IMG/VR virus record: IMGVR_UViG_3300033076_000311
Coordinates: 1 to 41,665 of that record
Direction: 5' to 3' (one strand)
Length of the DNA stretch: 41,665 bases
Source: a virus
Taxonomy: Duplodnaviria; Caudoviricetes
The notes beneath the pieces were generated by a model that saw only the letters and a program-made list of their open reading frames with translations, ran no database searches and was not told the origin of the DNA. This document shows, one piece after another, positions 7,020-15,659 of this stretch (position 1 is its first letter; each line of letters begins with the position of its first letter). Both the position numbers and the translations under genes were made by a program.

Positions 7020-7642
7020 GTGTAGAAGCATTACTCAAACTCAATGTAAACGAGCACATTGAGAAAAAGAACGGCCTGTCATACCTGTCATGGGCATGGG
7101 CATGGGCAGAGGCTTTAAAGGCCGATCCTAACGCTATCTACAAGATAGAAATGTATGACGAGTACGGCGAGAACGGTCGTCGTCGCACAGTGCCATTCAT
7201 GAACATCAACGGCACTTGCATGGTGCTGGTGACAGTCACTATGTTTGGCAAACCAATGACCTGCCAACTGCCCGTCCTTGATTACAAGAACAAAGCAATC
7301 CAAGACCCAGATGCCTTCCAAGTCAACACCGCCATCATGCGCTGCATGACCAAGGCTTTGGCACTTCATGGTTTGGGCCTGTACATCTATGCCGGTGAAG
7401 ACCTCCCCGAAGGTCCAAAAGTAACCCCCCGTGCAAATGCTGGCGCACTTGTACCTGACGACGAAAAAGAATTCCTACAAGAAATGGCACAGCAGATCAC
7501 CTCACTGGTGGCAGACGGTGACTCAGTAGGTGCATTGAATATGGTTCGTGCTGCTGGCTTAGAAGCTGAACAGCACACATATCTGTGGGATCAATTGGAT
7601 TCCAAAGTAAGAAGCGCAATCAAGAAAGCAAAGGAGCTATAA
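7016..7642 (+). CDS. sak: Sak-type single-strand annealing protein (DUF1071, Rad52-like)
   Basis: EKKNGLSYLSWAWAW...LPVLDYKNK...RCMTKALALHGLGLYIYAGEDLP signature. Confidence 0.9.
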   Translation: MSVEALLKLNVNEHIEKKNGLSYLSWAWAWAEALKADPNAIYKIEMYDEYGENGRRRTVPFMNINGTCMVLVTVTMFGKPMTCQLPVLDYKNKAIQDPDAFQVNTAIMRCMTKALALHGLGLYIYAGEDLPEGPKVTPRANAGALVPDDEKEFLQEMAQQITSLVADGDSVGALNMVRAAGLEAEQHTYLWDQLDSKVRSAIKKAKEL

Positions 7643-7957
7643 ATGAAGATTGATTTGCAAGTAGAAGTTGAACACAAAGATGGCAAGTACCCATCGTTTA
7701 ACCTCATCCTCCGTACCGGCCCTGGTAAGGACCCTTTCATGATCGTGCGCGGGTGTCGCATTGTCAGCGGTGCTAATGGTGACTTCATCAGTTACCCCAG
7801 CCGCAAACAAGATGATGGCAAGTACTGGAACCATGTCTACGGCTCACGCGAGTTCAACGACATTGTTATGAGTGCTGCTAATCAAACTGCTGCCAAACCA
7901 AAAGCAGCAGCCCCTAGCAAGTCCGTGCAAGACATGTCGGACGATATTCCCTGGTAA
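7643..7957 (+). CDS. SpoVG-like nucleic-acid-binding protein, probable SSB
   Basis: IVRGCRIVSGANGDFISYPSRK..DGKY resembles SpoVG; SSB-type acidic tail SDDIPW. Confidence 0.7.
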   Translation: MKIDLQVEVEHKDGKYPSFNLILRTGPGKDPFMIVRGCRIVSGANGDFISYPSRKQDDGKYWNHVYGSREFNDIVMSAANQTAAKPKAAAPSKSVQDMSDDIPW

Positions 7958-7973
7958 TCAAAGGAGCATTGAA

Positions 7974-8102
7974 ATGAAAAAAGTAATCGCAATCGCATTG
8001 TTAGTCGCCTCTGGTATCGCAGCGGCATCTTGCCCAACCTACGCCCCATATCGCTGTGTCGTTCAAATGAACGGTAAGCAGCTTTGTGGTTGTGGAATGT
8101 AA
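7974..8102 (+). CDS. 42-aa exported Cys-rich peptide
   Basis: AAGGAG SD; signal peptide MKKVIAIALLVASGIAAA; four Cys in the mature part. Confidence 0.7.
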   Translation: MKKVIAIALLVASGIAAASCPTYAPYRCVVQMNGKQLCGCGM

Positions 8103-8118
8103 CTAATGGTCTAAACCA

Positions 8119-8370
8119 ATGCACTACCCTATTTGTTTTCCAAGCCAAAAACTCTACAGAGAGTGGTTGTACTACGCTAGGGTGGTGCGTGAACCTTCAA
8201 CGATTTGCGAAGATTGTTCGAAGGAGTATCAAGAAAAAATGGAACAGCAAGGACGTTGTTTCAAAGAAGCTGAACAGCTTAAAGTATTCGCTAGAGTTCA
8301 AGTAAAGCAAAGGATAACTAATGAACAACTCGATCTTCTCGAAGTTCTTTTCTCGGGCGAGAACCCTTGA
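8119..8370 (+). CDS. hypothetical protein with a CxxC motif
   Basis: ORF track; CF...CEDC...GRC. Confidence 0.65.
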   Translation: MHYPICFPSQKLYREWLYYARVVREPSTICEDCSKEYQEKMEQQGRCFKEAEQLKVFARVQVKQRITNEQLDLLEVLFSGENP

Positions 8371-8623
8371 CCCGACAACCAGCCATGAAGCGGCTGAACA
8401 AGTAAAAGAACACACCGTACAAAAACACTTCGCACTGATCCACTCGGTCTTAGAAGAACACGGCCCCCTTGGAAAAGACAAGATAGCCATGTATTCAGGA
8501 CTAGACCCAAATCAAGTGGCTCGTCGTTTGCCAGAGATGATGAAAGTCAATGCTGTTGAGCTGACAGGAAACACCGTCGAATCTTTTAGTGGTCGTAAAG
8601 AACGTGAATGGAGAGCACTATGA
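8321..8623 (+). CDS. putative winged-helix DNA-binding protein
   Basis: ARTLDPTTSHEAA motif followed by HTH-like QVARRLPEM. Confidence 0.7.
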   Translation: MNNSIFSKFFSRARTLDPTTSHEAAEQVKEHTVQKHFALIHSVLEEHGPLGKDKIAMYSGLDPNQVARRLPEMMKVNAVELTGNTVESFSGRKEREWRAL

Positions 8624-8832
8624 ATACAGGTGGACCAGCGTTTCCACAAAAAAGTTTGCCATATAGCACAGAAGATAAAAAAGGCATGACTTTGCGTGAT
8701 TACTTTGCTGCTAAAGCGATGCAAGCAATATTTAGCAATCCAGACATAACAGACACAGAAAAAGTTAAAAATTGGATTGCAATATCTTCTTATTCAATGG
8801 CAGACGCAATGTTGGAGGCGCGTAAAAAATGA
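8620..8832 (+). CDS. phage hypothetical protein (GGPAFP...GMTLRDYFAAKAMQ family)
   Basis: Recognisable widespread phage motif; GGAG SD. Confidence 0.8.
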   Translation: MNTGGPAFPQKSLPYSTEDKKGMTLRDYFAAKAMQAIFSNPDITDTEKVKNWIAISSYSMADAMLEARKK

Positions 8833-9029
8833 TGTACATGAAAGCAATCGCATTAACTTGCATCCCCTTCATCATCACGCTGTTTGTGTCCTACCTGGTA
8901 GGCAGCTTCATCAGCGTATCACTTAACCCTGAGAACTGGACAATGGACTTACGCACACTCATGCCTTGGTTTGGCATGTTGTTTGGCCTTGCTCTGTACA
9001 TGAAACTAAATCACGAAAGACTCGTATGA
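8829..9029 (+). CDS. two-TM membrane protein
   Basis: Two hydrophobic segments; GGAGG SD. Confidence 0.7.
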   Translation: MMYMKAIALTCIPFIITLFVSYLVGSFISVSLNPENWTMDLRTLMPWFGMLFGLALYMKLNHERLV

Positions 9030-9268
9030 CTATCAATGCATTCCATCCGAAGTTTGTAGAAACGCACATGCCTGAGTTCTTGACGAAGATTCGTATTGAA
9101 TCAACTCAGTACTCCAATGGCGTGATCAATGGTGGCAAGTCGCGCGCCTCACGCGAGTCAAAGCAAGGGCAGACAGTGAACACAATCAATGTCTTCCCAA
9201 AGACTCAGAAACGTGTGTCAACAGACGTGACGAACTTCCACATCTACAGCAGAGCAGGTGTCAAATGA
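9026..9268 (+). CDS. hypothetical protein (MTINAFHP...)
   Basis: Start reassigned by ATGA overlap. Confidence 0.65.
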   Translation: MTINAFHPKFVETHMPEFLTKIRIESTQYSNGVINGGKSRASRESKQGQTVNTINVFPKTQKRVSTDVTNFHIYSRAGVK

Positions 9269-9378
9269 GCGATGAACTATTCAACATCATTGCACTGTCA
9301 ACAATCCTTATCTTAGGGGCAGGATTGTTCTCAGCGGTAGTTATCTTTATTGCCAGCTTGATGGCATTTAGAAACTAG
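9265..9378 (+). CDS. 37-aa single-TM peptide (MSDELFNIIALSTILILGAGLFSAVVIFIASLMAFRN)
   Basis: Hand translation; ATGA overlap; converges on the endolysin gene. Confidence 0.55.
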   Translation: MSDELFNIIALSTILILGAGLFSAVVIFIASLMAFRN

Positions 9379-10042
9379 CCAGACAGTCGTTGTAGCGCTT
9401 CTTTCGGTTCTCAATACCGATCAATCCACCGTTGATCTTCTTGGTCATGCCTTCAATGTCTTCTTTGTCTGCAAAGAGATCGAGCTTGTTGGCTGACCAG
9501 AACCACCCAGCACTCAGGGCAGCGTACTGTGGCTCCAATAGAAGATCAGGATTGTTGACAAAGTCAGCGCCAATACCTGTGCCACACCTAGTGTAGTTAT
9601 CTTTGCCAGTAAGCTGTTTTAGCCCCCTGCCACGATATTTCCATCCCTCCCCTGATTCAGCAGGACCGTTGCCCATACGTGAGCTGTAACACATGTTGGC
9701 GATCAACTCAGGCTTACCGGCTATGCTGTTAGCCACTGCTGTAGGAATGTTCTTTCCTTTTTCATCTTTCTTTGGCCTAGTCTTACCTGGTTTATTAGGA
9801 TCAGGCTCTTGAACGGCAAACCTCGGAGGCCAGCAAGCAGCCAAGGTAGCTGCCTTGTAGTTCAGGTTCTCTTCAAGCATTGTGAAGCCACCAGACTCGT
9901 GAGCGCACTGAGCCAAGAAAGCAGCAATACGTTGCTTGGTGTTGATCTGATACTTCTCGCAAGTGACTTGAATGGCAGCCAGCCACTTAGCCGCTACCTC
10001 TGGCTTAACACCAGCAGAGATGATGTTGTCCAGAGTAACCAT
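9368..10042 (-). CDS. endolysin, glycoside hydrolase family 19
   Basis: AAFLAQCAHESGGF, EENLNY, YRGRGLKQLTGKDNY, SAGWFW and TKKINGG motifs. Confidence 0.93.
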   Translation of the reverse strand: MVTLDNIISAGVKPEVAAKWLAAIQVTCEKYQINTKQRIAAFLAQCAHESGGFTMLEENLNYKAATLAACWPPRFAVQEPDPNKPGKTRPKKDEKGKNIPTAVANSIAGKPELIANMCYSSRMGNGPAESGEGWKYRGRGLKQLTGKDNYTRCGTGIGADFVNNPDLLLEPQYAALSAGWFWSANKLDLFADKEDIEGMTKKINGGLIGIENRKKRYNDCLASF

Positions 10043-10521
10043 CAGATTTGCTCCTTCTGCTTCTGATCAACAGCCTCTTGAGACTTGTTAGAAGAGCCGT
10101 AGAAGAAGCGGATCAACGAGTTAACAGCAGTACCAATCAAGAAGCCCAAGATGATGTTGATGAAGTCGCGGTTGCGGTTCTCAACAGGGGCAAATGACAC
10201 GATGAAGAAGTAGGCAAACGACACCACCGTGATGAACCAAGCATAGTGCTGGCTAAACCGGCGTGTGGACTCATCAGCCATGTACATGTCAGTAGCACGT
10301 TGAGTAGATTTCTCATCTAACTCAGCCATGAACTCTGAATGACGGTTGGCCTCTTCTTGCAGCTTTGCGTTGTACTCAGGGGTGGCTTCACCCTCTGGCT
10401 TCAATTCCATACCAAGCTTTTGTTGGACAGCGTCTACGCCTTTCTCAACAACTTCATCAGCCACTTTGTGCATCCCGTTATTGATTAGGTTGGCTACGAT
10501 CCCCGCTACTATTGGAAGCAT
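10042..10521 (-). CDS. putative holin-like membrane protein
   Basis: Two C-terminal TM helices ending FFYGSS; adjacent to the endolysin. Confidence 0.6.
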   Translation of the reverse strand: MLPIVAGIVANLINNGMHKVADEVVEKGVDAVQQKLGMELKPEGEATPEYNAKLQEEANRHSEFMAELDEKSTQRATDMYMADESTRRFSQHYAWFITVVSFAYFFIVSFAPVENRNRDFINIILGFLIGTAVNSLIRFFYGSSNKSQEAVDQKQKEQI

Positions 10522-10741
10522 TGTTTACCTTTCTAATGTCTTTCAAGACAGTTTCAACTTCATTACGTAACTTTTCATTACGCTTGCGATCAACTTTTGC
10601 TTGCTCATGGTTCATCATTGCATCAAGCACAACAACATACATCAAGTACAGGACAAGTGCCAATACAGCGAGAACTAGCATGTGAGCTAAGAAGACCCCG
10701 TCTGGCCTACCTGATTTCTGAGTGCCCACCATAACCACCAT
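10478..10741 (-). CDS. membrane protein with TM plus coiled coil (alternative start 10681)
   Basis: ORF track; lysis-cluster position. Confidence 0.55.
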   Translation of the reverse strand: MVVMVGTQKSGRPDGVFLAHMLVLAVLALVLYLMYVVVLDAMMNHEQAKVDRKRNEKLRNEVETVLKDIRKVNNASNSSGDRSQPNQ

Positions 10742-11364
10742 AGATAAAACAGACCAAAAAACGTGACACCAGCCTCCCAGGCTTTCTCTTTAGCATCACG
10801 CACCATCTTGTCTTTGCTTGCTCTATTAGCAGCGTCTTCGCGGTCCTGCTTCTCCCTTGCTATTCTTTGTTCTTCTTCGATTTGATTTCTCATCGCCTCG
10901 AATTCACTCCACAAAGCACCAAGCTCTGGTGGAGAGTGGTAAACCATTTGCTCACGAATCTCTACGTGCATGGCTTGAAGTTTTTGTCTAACCAAAATCC
11001 TCTTCAATGCCATTCGCTTCAAAGATACATCAGCAGCTTGAAGCTTCTTAGATTCTCTTTCTTGCTCCCAAAACAAAGCCTCAACTCTGTCAAAGGCATC
11101 AAACATGTTTCCTAGTTCGTCACCAATTTTAAAGATGACATCAGTAGGATCAGCTTTGGCTATTTCTTGAACACGCGCCTTCTCAGCCTCAATCTTCTTA
11201 GCTTGCTCCTTAGAAACCGTCTTGCCAGAGAACTGAGAATTGATGTCATCAATGATCCCTTTGACGTTTCCAGCTACACCCTTTATTTCTTTGTAAAGAG
11301 CGCAGCCTTCCTTAACTAGCTTAAAAGCAGTTGTTGCGGCAAGTAACGCAGTTCCGATTGGCAC
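10687..11364 (-). CDS. coiled-coil protein with a C-terminal TM segment
   Basis: ORF track; lysis-cluster position. Confidence 0.75.
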   Translation of the reverse strand: MPIGTALLAATTAFKLVKEGCALYKEIKGVAGNVKGIIDDINSQFSGKTVSKEQAKKIEAEKARVQEIAKADPTDVIFKIGDELGNMFDAFDRVEALFWEQERESKKLQAADVSLKRMALKRILVRQKLQAMHVEIREQMVYHSPPELGALWSEFEAMRNQIEEEQRIAREKQDREDAANRASKDKMVRDAKEKAWEAGVTFFGLFYLWWLWWALRNQVGQTGSS

Positions 11365-11365
11365 A

Positions 11366-11548
11366 TCATTTCACGTGTGGAACAACAGAAACCCATATAA
11401 CACCTGCCATCCCGACAGTCAGGATGCCAAATGCTTTGATAATGATGCCCTCAAGGCGTTTAAGACGAGCATTGATTTGCTCGTAGCGGAAAGCACATAC
11501 TTGCTCGTGTGTGTCTAGACGTGCTTCTGTTGCGTCAATCGTTGTCAT
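11366..11548 (-). CDS. small coiled-coil plus TM protein (XhlA/holin-like)
   Basis: ARLDTHEQVCAFRYEQINARLKRLE then TM; start reassigned to MTTID. Confidence 0.7.
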   Translation of the reverse strand: MTTIDATEARLDTHEQVCAFRYEQINARLKRLEGIIIKAFGILTVGMAGVIWVSVVPHVK

Positions 11549-11552
11549 TTTC

Positions 11553-12929
11553 TTATCGTTTAGGAGGTGGAACAGAACGGTATGGGCTACCGAGTTTCTT
11601 GGCTTCTTCAAAAGCTTTCAGTTGTTTGGCAGTCAATGTGCCTGGTTGCAATTCACTAGGAGTTGCACCTAATGGCAAGATGGCTTCGCCCAAAGCATTT
11701 GCAGCTTCTTTAGCATTGGCAGACTGAGCCATTGTCATCAATGTTCCAGCAACACCAGCCAACGTTGCACCGCGACCAAGGACCTTCCCATATGTTCCAA
11801 GCTTTGACTCAACGCCTTGTGCTTTACGAGCATCACGAGAAAGAATAGTTTCTGGCACTTGTTGTTGAAGAGCTTTGAAATATTCGTTTGTGATCCGAGA
11901 AACGTCTTTGTTAACGTCTGTGGAATGACCAAACATCTTTCCTTCATTGATCAACTCTTTGGCATACAGACGATGTTCTGGGCCAAGAGCGTTTGCCAAT
12001 GAGCGATCAAGATTTCCAACATCAGGACGGAAAATCATTCCTTCAGGAATTTCTGCTGCTGATTTAAATGTTGATTTCTGTTTAGGTTTGGCAGGTGTAG
12101 CAGGTTCTGCAACAGGAGCTACTGCGGCAGGTGTTGCATTTTCAACTGCAGCTACAGTAGCAGGTGCAACAGCGCCTTCTACTTGTGTACGAGCATTTGA
12201 AGCTTGTTGAAGTTTTTGATCAGCAATAACAGCTTTGCTAATCTTGGCAGTCTCTGAAGCAGCAAGCATTTTTGCTTCTGTTTCTGTCAAAGTACCGCCA
12301 GCAACTTGTTTAGCCTGTGCAGCTTGTTTAGCTTGCTTGGCCTCGTACTCAGCCTTGGCACGTTCAGCCTTTTCTTTGTCGTGCTGGATAGCCAACTCAA
12401 GACGTTGGTTCTTGAGCTGCTTCAAACGCAAATCTTCTTGTTCCAATGGAGACAAAGGCTTTGGTTCAACGGGCTGAGTAGGTGCAACAGGACCTGGAGC
12501 AAACTGTGGTTCTGCTGATAATGTTGGCTCAATACGACCTTTTTGACTTACGTCCATCAGAGGATCGCGGCGTTCACCTGCTTTAGCATCGCCAGTGGTA
12601 TCAGCCTTACCGCCCAACAACAGATGAGCTAGGCCAGCAAGAATGCCAGCGCCAACCGCAGGTACTGCTACATTTTTAAGCATTCCTGGGATTGCCTCGC
12701 CAACACTTTCATTCATTTGCTGAGTGTTTGGTTGAGCAGCAGAAGGTTGTGTTTCTCCACCAGGTACAGCAACTTGTGTTGATGGAATGAATGCACGAGA
12801 AGCTATGCCTGTTTGTTGAGCAGGTGCAGCTTGTTGAGCAGGTTGCGTTGTTTGACCAGCAGCTTCAGCCATTCTTTGCTGACGCAGTTGCATCAACTCA
12901 AGTTCGCGCTCGGAAAAGTTTGTATCCAT
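11553..12929 (-). CDS. putative internal virion/ejection protein
   Basis: Ala/Gln/Pro-rich helical protein after the tail genes. Confidence 0.55.
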   Translation of the reverse strand: MDTNFSERELELMQLRQQRMAEAAGQTTQPAQQAAPAQQTGIASRAFIPSTQVAVPGGETQPSAAQPNTQQMNESVGEAIPGMLKNVAVPAVGAGILAGLAHLLLGGKADTTGDAKAGERRDPLMDVSQKGRIEPTLSAEPQFAPGPVAPTQPVEPKPLSPLEQEDLRLKQLKNQRLELAIQHDKEKAERAKAEYEAKQAKQAAQAKQVAGGTLTETEAKMLAASETAKISKAVIADQKLQQASNARTQVEGAVAPATVAAVENATPAAVAPVAEPATPAKPKQKSTFKSAAEIPEGMIFRPDVGNLDRSLANALGPEHRLYAKELINEGKMFGHSTDVNKDVSRITNEYFKALQQQVPETILSRDARKAQGVESKLGTYGKVLGRGATLAGVAGTLMTMAQSANAKEAANALGEAILPLGATPSELQPGTLTAKQLKAFEEAKKLGSPYRSVPPPKR

Positions 12930-12938
12930 GTCTGATCC

Positions 12939-14351
12939 TTACTCAACTCGTTTAACTCGACCAGTAGTCTTGTCCAAAATTAAATCGCCTTTCTTGATTG
13001 GATTTTCACCAGTGAGAATACCAATCTTTTGTTTGACGTAGTTTTCAACGCCCTTGTAGTAATCAGACTTCATTAGTCGATCTTGAACTTCAAGAGGATC
13101 AGAAACTTTACCTTCACGAATAGCATCACGTTGTGACTTGTACAACTCTTTGTTGTACTCAGCAATCAAAGCATTGTTGCCTTGTTGTACATAACGATTC
13201 TTTAACAATGAATCCAAACCGCCTGTGAACAAATCTACAGCAGAAGGATCGCGGAAACCTTGTGGCTTTGCTTCGTTAGGAACATCGGAGATTGCCTTAT
13301 TGTTGATGTCATTCAACGACACCAAGCGCATGAAATCATTGAATTCACGGGAATCTTTGATAGCACCTTGCAGTTGCTGCATGATGGCAGTCTGCAGAGT
13401 TTGCTGTTCTTGGATTTGATTAGAACGATTGATTGCCTCAGCATTTGCTTGTGAAGCATTGACGTTGCCAGATGCACCACCACTGAATCCAAGACCACCA
13501 CCACCAACGCCAAATTGGCCTTGAGTAGATACGCCTGTCGAACCTTTTTTCTGTTCTTCTTTGTTGATAGAAGCAGAGTTACTCAAGTAACGGTTGGCAT
13601 AACCAAGCAATACTTGACGTTGTTTTGGATCAAGCTTACCGATGTAATCAAGTACATGACGGTTCTTGATAGCCAAATCAACTTCTTCGTCGATGTTACG
13701 GTTTGTAGCGCTACCCATGTTGGCAGCAGCTTGAGCCGTAGTACGAGTCGCATTCAGTTGAGAGATGGAATTGTTGGCTGCTTGCTTAGATGCTTCTTGA
13801 GCATTCATCCAATTAGCAGTCTTCATCGCATTTAAGTAAGACTCTGTAATCACACCTCCACGGGTTTGATTTACAGCAGATACTTCATTGCTTGTAAGAG
13901 GACGATTGCTTCCCTCTTCGTACATGCGACCATTAAAACCACGCTGGTTCTTGCCTACCAAATAAACATTACCAAGAGCGTCAGTTCCGAGTTCAGTTTT
14001 CTTGCGACCACCGTTGTAGGCGGTATACATGTCATCAATACGACCACGCAAGAACGCAACTAGGAAATCACCTGGTTGAAATTGTTCGTTTGGATGTTCA
14101 AATTGAGCATCTTTGGCGCGTTGGGAAAAAATGTCTGCAGTCTTTTTACGACCTTCTGGCGAATTGTCAGAAAGACTTTGAACTGCTTTTTTGAAGTCTG
14201 GATCGTAATCAAGATTGACATTGGTAACACCACTTTCCTGACCAGCGGCAGGAGGAGTTACGCCTGTAACAATAGCTTGTGGAGCATTAGCAGGAGGCTC
14301 TGCTGCTTGCATACTGAGCTTAGGGTCGTAGATAGCGAAATCTTGTGCCAT
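12939..14351 (-). CDS. putative internal virion/ejection protein
   Basis: Helical Gln/Asn-rich protein; podovirus ejectosome position. Confidence 0.55.
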   Translation of the reverse strand: MAQDFAIYDPKLSMQAAEPPANAPQAIVTGVTPPAAGQESGVTNVNLDYDPDFKKAVQSLSDNSPEGRKKTADIFSQRAKDAQFEHPNEQFQPGDFLVAFLRGRIDDMYTAYNGGRKKTELGTDALGNVYLVGKNQRGFNGRMYEEGSNRPLTSNEVSAVNQTRGGVITESYLNAMKTANWMNAQEASKQAANNSISQLNATRTTAQAAANMGSATNRNIDEEVDLAIKNRHVLDYIGKLDPKQRQVLLGYANRYLSNSASINKEEQKKGSTGVSTQGQFGVGGGGLGFSGGASGNVNASQANAEAINRSNQIQEQQTLQTAIMQQLQGAIKDSREFNDFMRLVSLNDINNKAISDVPNEAKPQGFRDPSAVDLFTGGLDSLLKNRYVQQGNNALIAEYNKELYKSQRDAIREGKVSDPLEVQDRLMKSDYYKGVENYVKQKIGILTGENPIKKGDLILDKTTGRVKRVE

Positions 14352-14359
14352 GTTTGTCC

Positions 14360-14719
14360 TTAATCAATATCGTGACCAAGTTGCCAATGAGTCGTTGGAG
14401 CAACTGTCTGAGTAGCCTGTTGAGCAGGATACATTCCACGAGCAGTGTTCATCCCTTTAACAAAATTACCTTGACCAAATTGATCCATAGCGCCAGCAAA
14501 GTTAGCGCCTTGTTGTTTCAATGAGTCAATCTTTTGGTTAAAAGGATCTATAGCTTTTTGCTGCACAAATTCTGAAAAGTTTTCAGGAGGAGCAACACCC
14601 TCTTTTTGGCCCAAATCATATGGCGTAGGTGTTCCAGTTTTACGATCTAAACCCGCATAACGAGCAAAGTCTGAAAAGTTATCAGGATTGCCAAACCCAA
14701 ATTGGAAAGCTTCTGCCAT
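14360..14719 (-). CDS. hypothetical virion-associated protein
   Basis: ORF track; AAGGA SD. Confidence 0.6.
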   Translation of the reverse strand: MAEAFQFGFGNPDNFSDFARYAGLDRKTGTPTPYDLGQKEGVAPPENFSEFVQQKAIDPFNQKIDSLKQQGANFAGAMDQFGQGNFVKGMNTARGMYPAQQATQTVAPTTHWQLGHDID

Positions 14720-14728
14720 ATTGGATCC

Positions 14729-15439
14729 TTACTTAAATTGGAAGCCCTTGCCAGAGCTAGATGTTGTTTGACCTTGAGTTCCAGCATAATTGCCACCACC
14801 AGAACCAGGTGTGCCGTACACAATAGATGCGTACTTGCTGTACAGGTCCATAGGAGCATTAGCCATGTTCAATTGTTGACCAGCCGCCCCAAGACCAGTT
14901 TGCAACAAGCTTCCACCGCCAGCCATGAGAGATTGAGCAGCAGCAGCTTTGTTAGCTTGAACTTGAGCTTGAGCGCCAGCAGCCGCAGTGGCTTGACGTT
15001 GTTCATTCAAGCTTTGCAGGTTGCGATCAGCCAATGCTTGACGAGCAGAACCCAACCCACCAGCAGCTCCATACATGGCATTCTGACCAGCTTGAGATTC
15101 ACGAGCAGATTCACGACCAGCTTGCAAAGCAGCTTGGACTTGGCCTTTTTCATAGTTAGGATCAAACAAGGCAGACAAGCCTGTAGCCCCCTGACCAATC
15201 ATTCCTGTGCCAGCAGCAGTTGCGCCTTGAGCAACATCTCCCGTAAGGTTGTAACCAGCTTTAGCAGCTTTGTTGACATAGGGAGAAAGGTCTTCTAAGT
15301 TACCTTTAGCGCCAGCAATAGTCTGTTGATACGCAGGAATTAACGTGTCTGTCAGAAGACCCGTCTGTGCGCGTAACTGCGCTTTTTGTTCTTCGGTTAC
15401 TACTGGAGCCGAACTTCCAGATGATTTACCGCCGCCCAT
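14729..15439 (-). CDS. putative pilot/DNA-ejection protein
   Basis: MGGGKSSGSS N-terminus; Gly/Ala/Gln-rich, typical of podovirus ejection proteins. Confidence 0.6.
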   Translation of the reverse strand: MGGGKSSGSSAPVVTEEQKAQLRAQTGLLTDTLIPAYQQTIAGAKGNLEDLSPYVNKAAKAGYNLTGDVAQGATAAGTGMIGQGATGLSALFDPNYEKGQVQAALQAGRESARESQAGQNAMYGAAGGLGSARQALADRNLQSLNEQRQATAAAGAQAQVQANKAAAAQSLMAGGGSLLQTGLGAAGQQLNMANAPMDLYSKYASIVYGTPGSGGGNYAGTQGQTTSSSGKGFQFK

Positions 15440-15440
15440 A

Positions 15441-15659
15441 TTAAGCTCCTTTACCTTTGCCCTGCATGGGCGTTATCTGTTTCTGATTATCCCCTAAACC
15501 AACAGTGCTTGCGTACTGGTTTGGAGCGCCAATGCTTGGCTGTTCAGAGGTTGCTGAGTTGGTGATTGCACCTTGATTGCCAAACTTCCCGCCGCCAGAA
15601 TCTTTTCCTGGCCCTGGTGGCTGTTGCATTTGATCTAGTTGATTAACTCCGAGTCCCAT
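15441..15659 (-). CDS. small Gly/Gln-rich hypothetical protein
   Basis: ORF track; tiles exactly between neighbours. Confidence 0.65.
   Translation of the reverse strand: MGLGVNQLDQMQQPPGPGKDSGGGKFGNQGAITNSATSEQPSIGAPNQYASTVGLGDNQKQITPMQGKGKGA

Noticed and set aside
14702-15298. 198-aa plus-strand ORF opposite the pilot-protein gene, and similar antisense ORFs over portal and capsid
   Set aside because: Antisense shadows of biased codon usage; no motifs or translation signals
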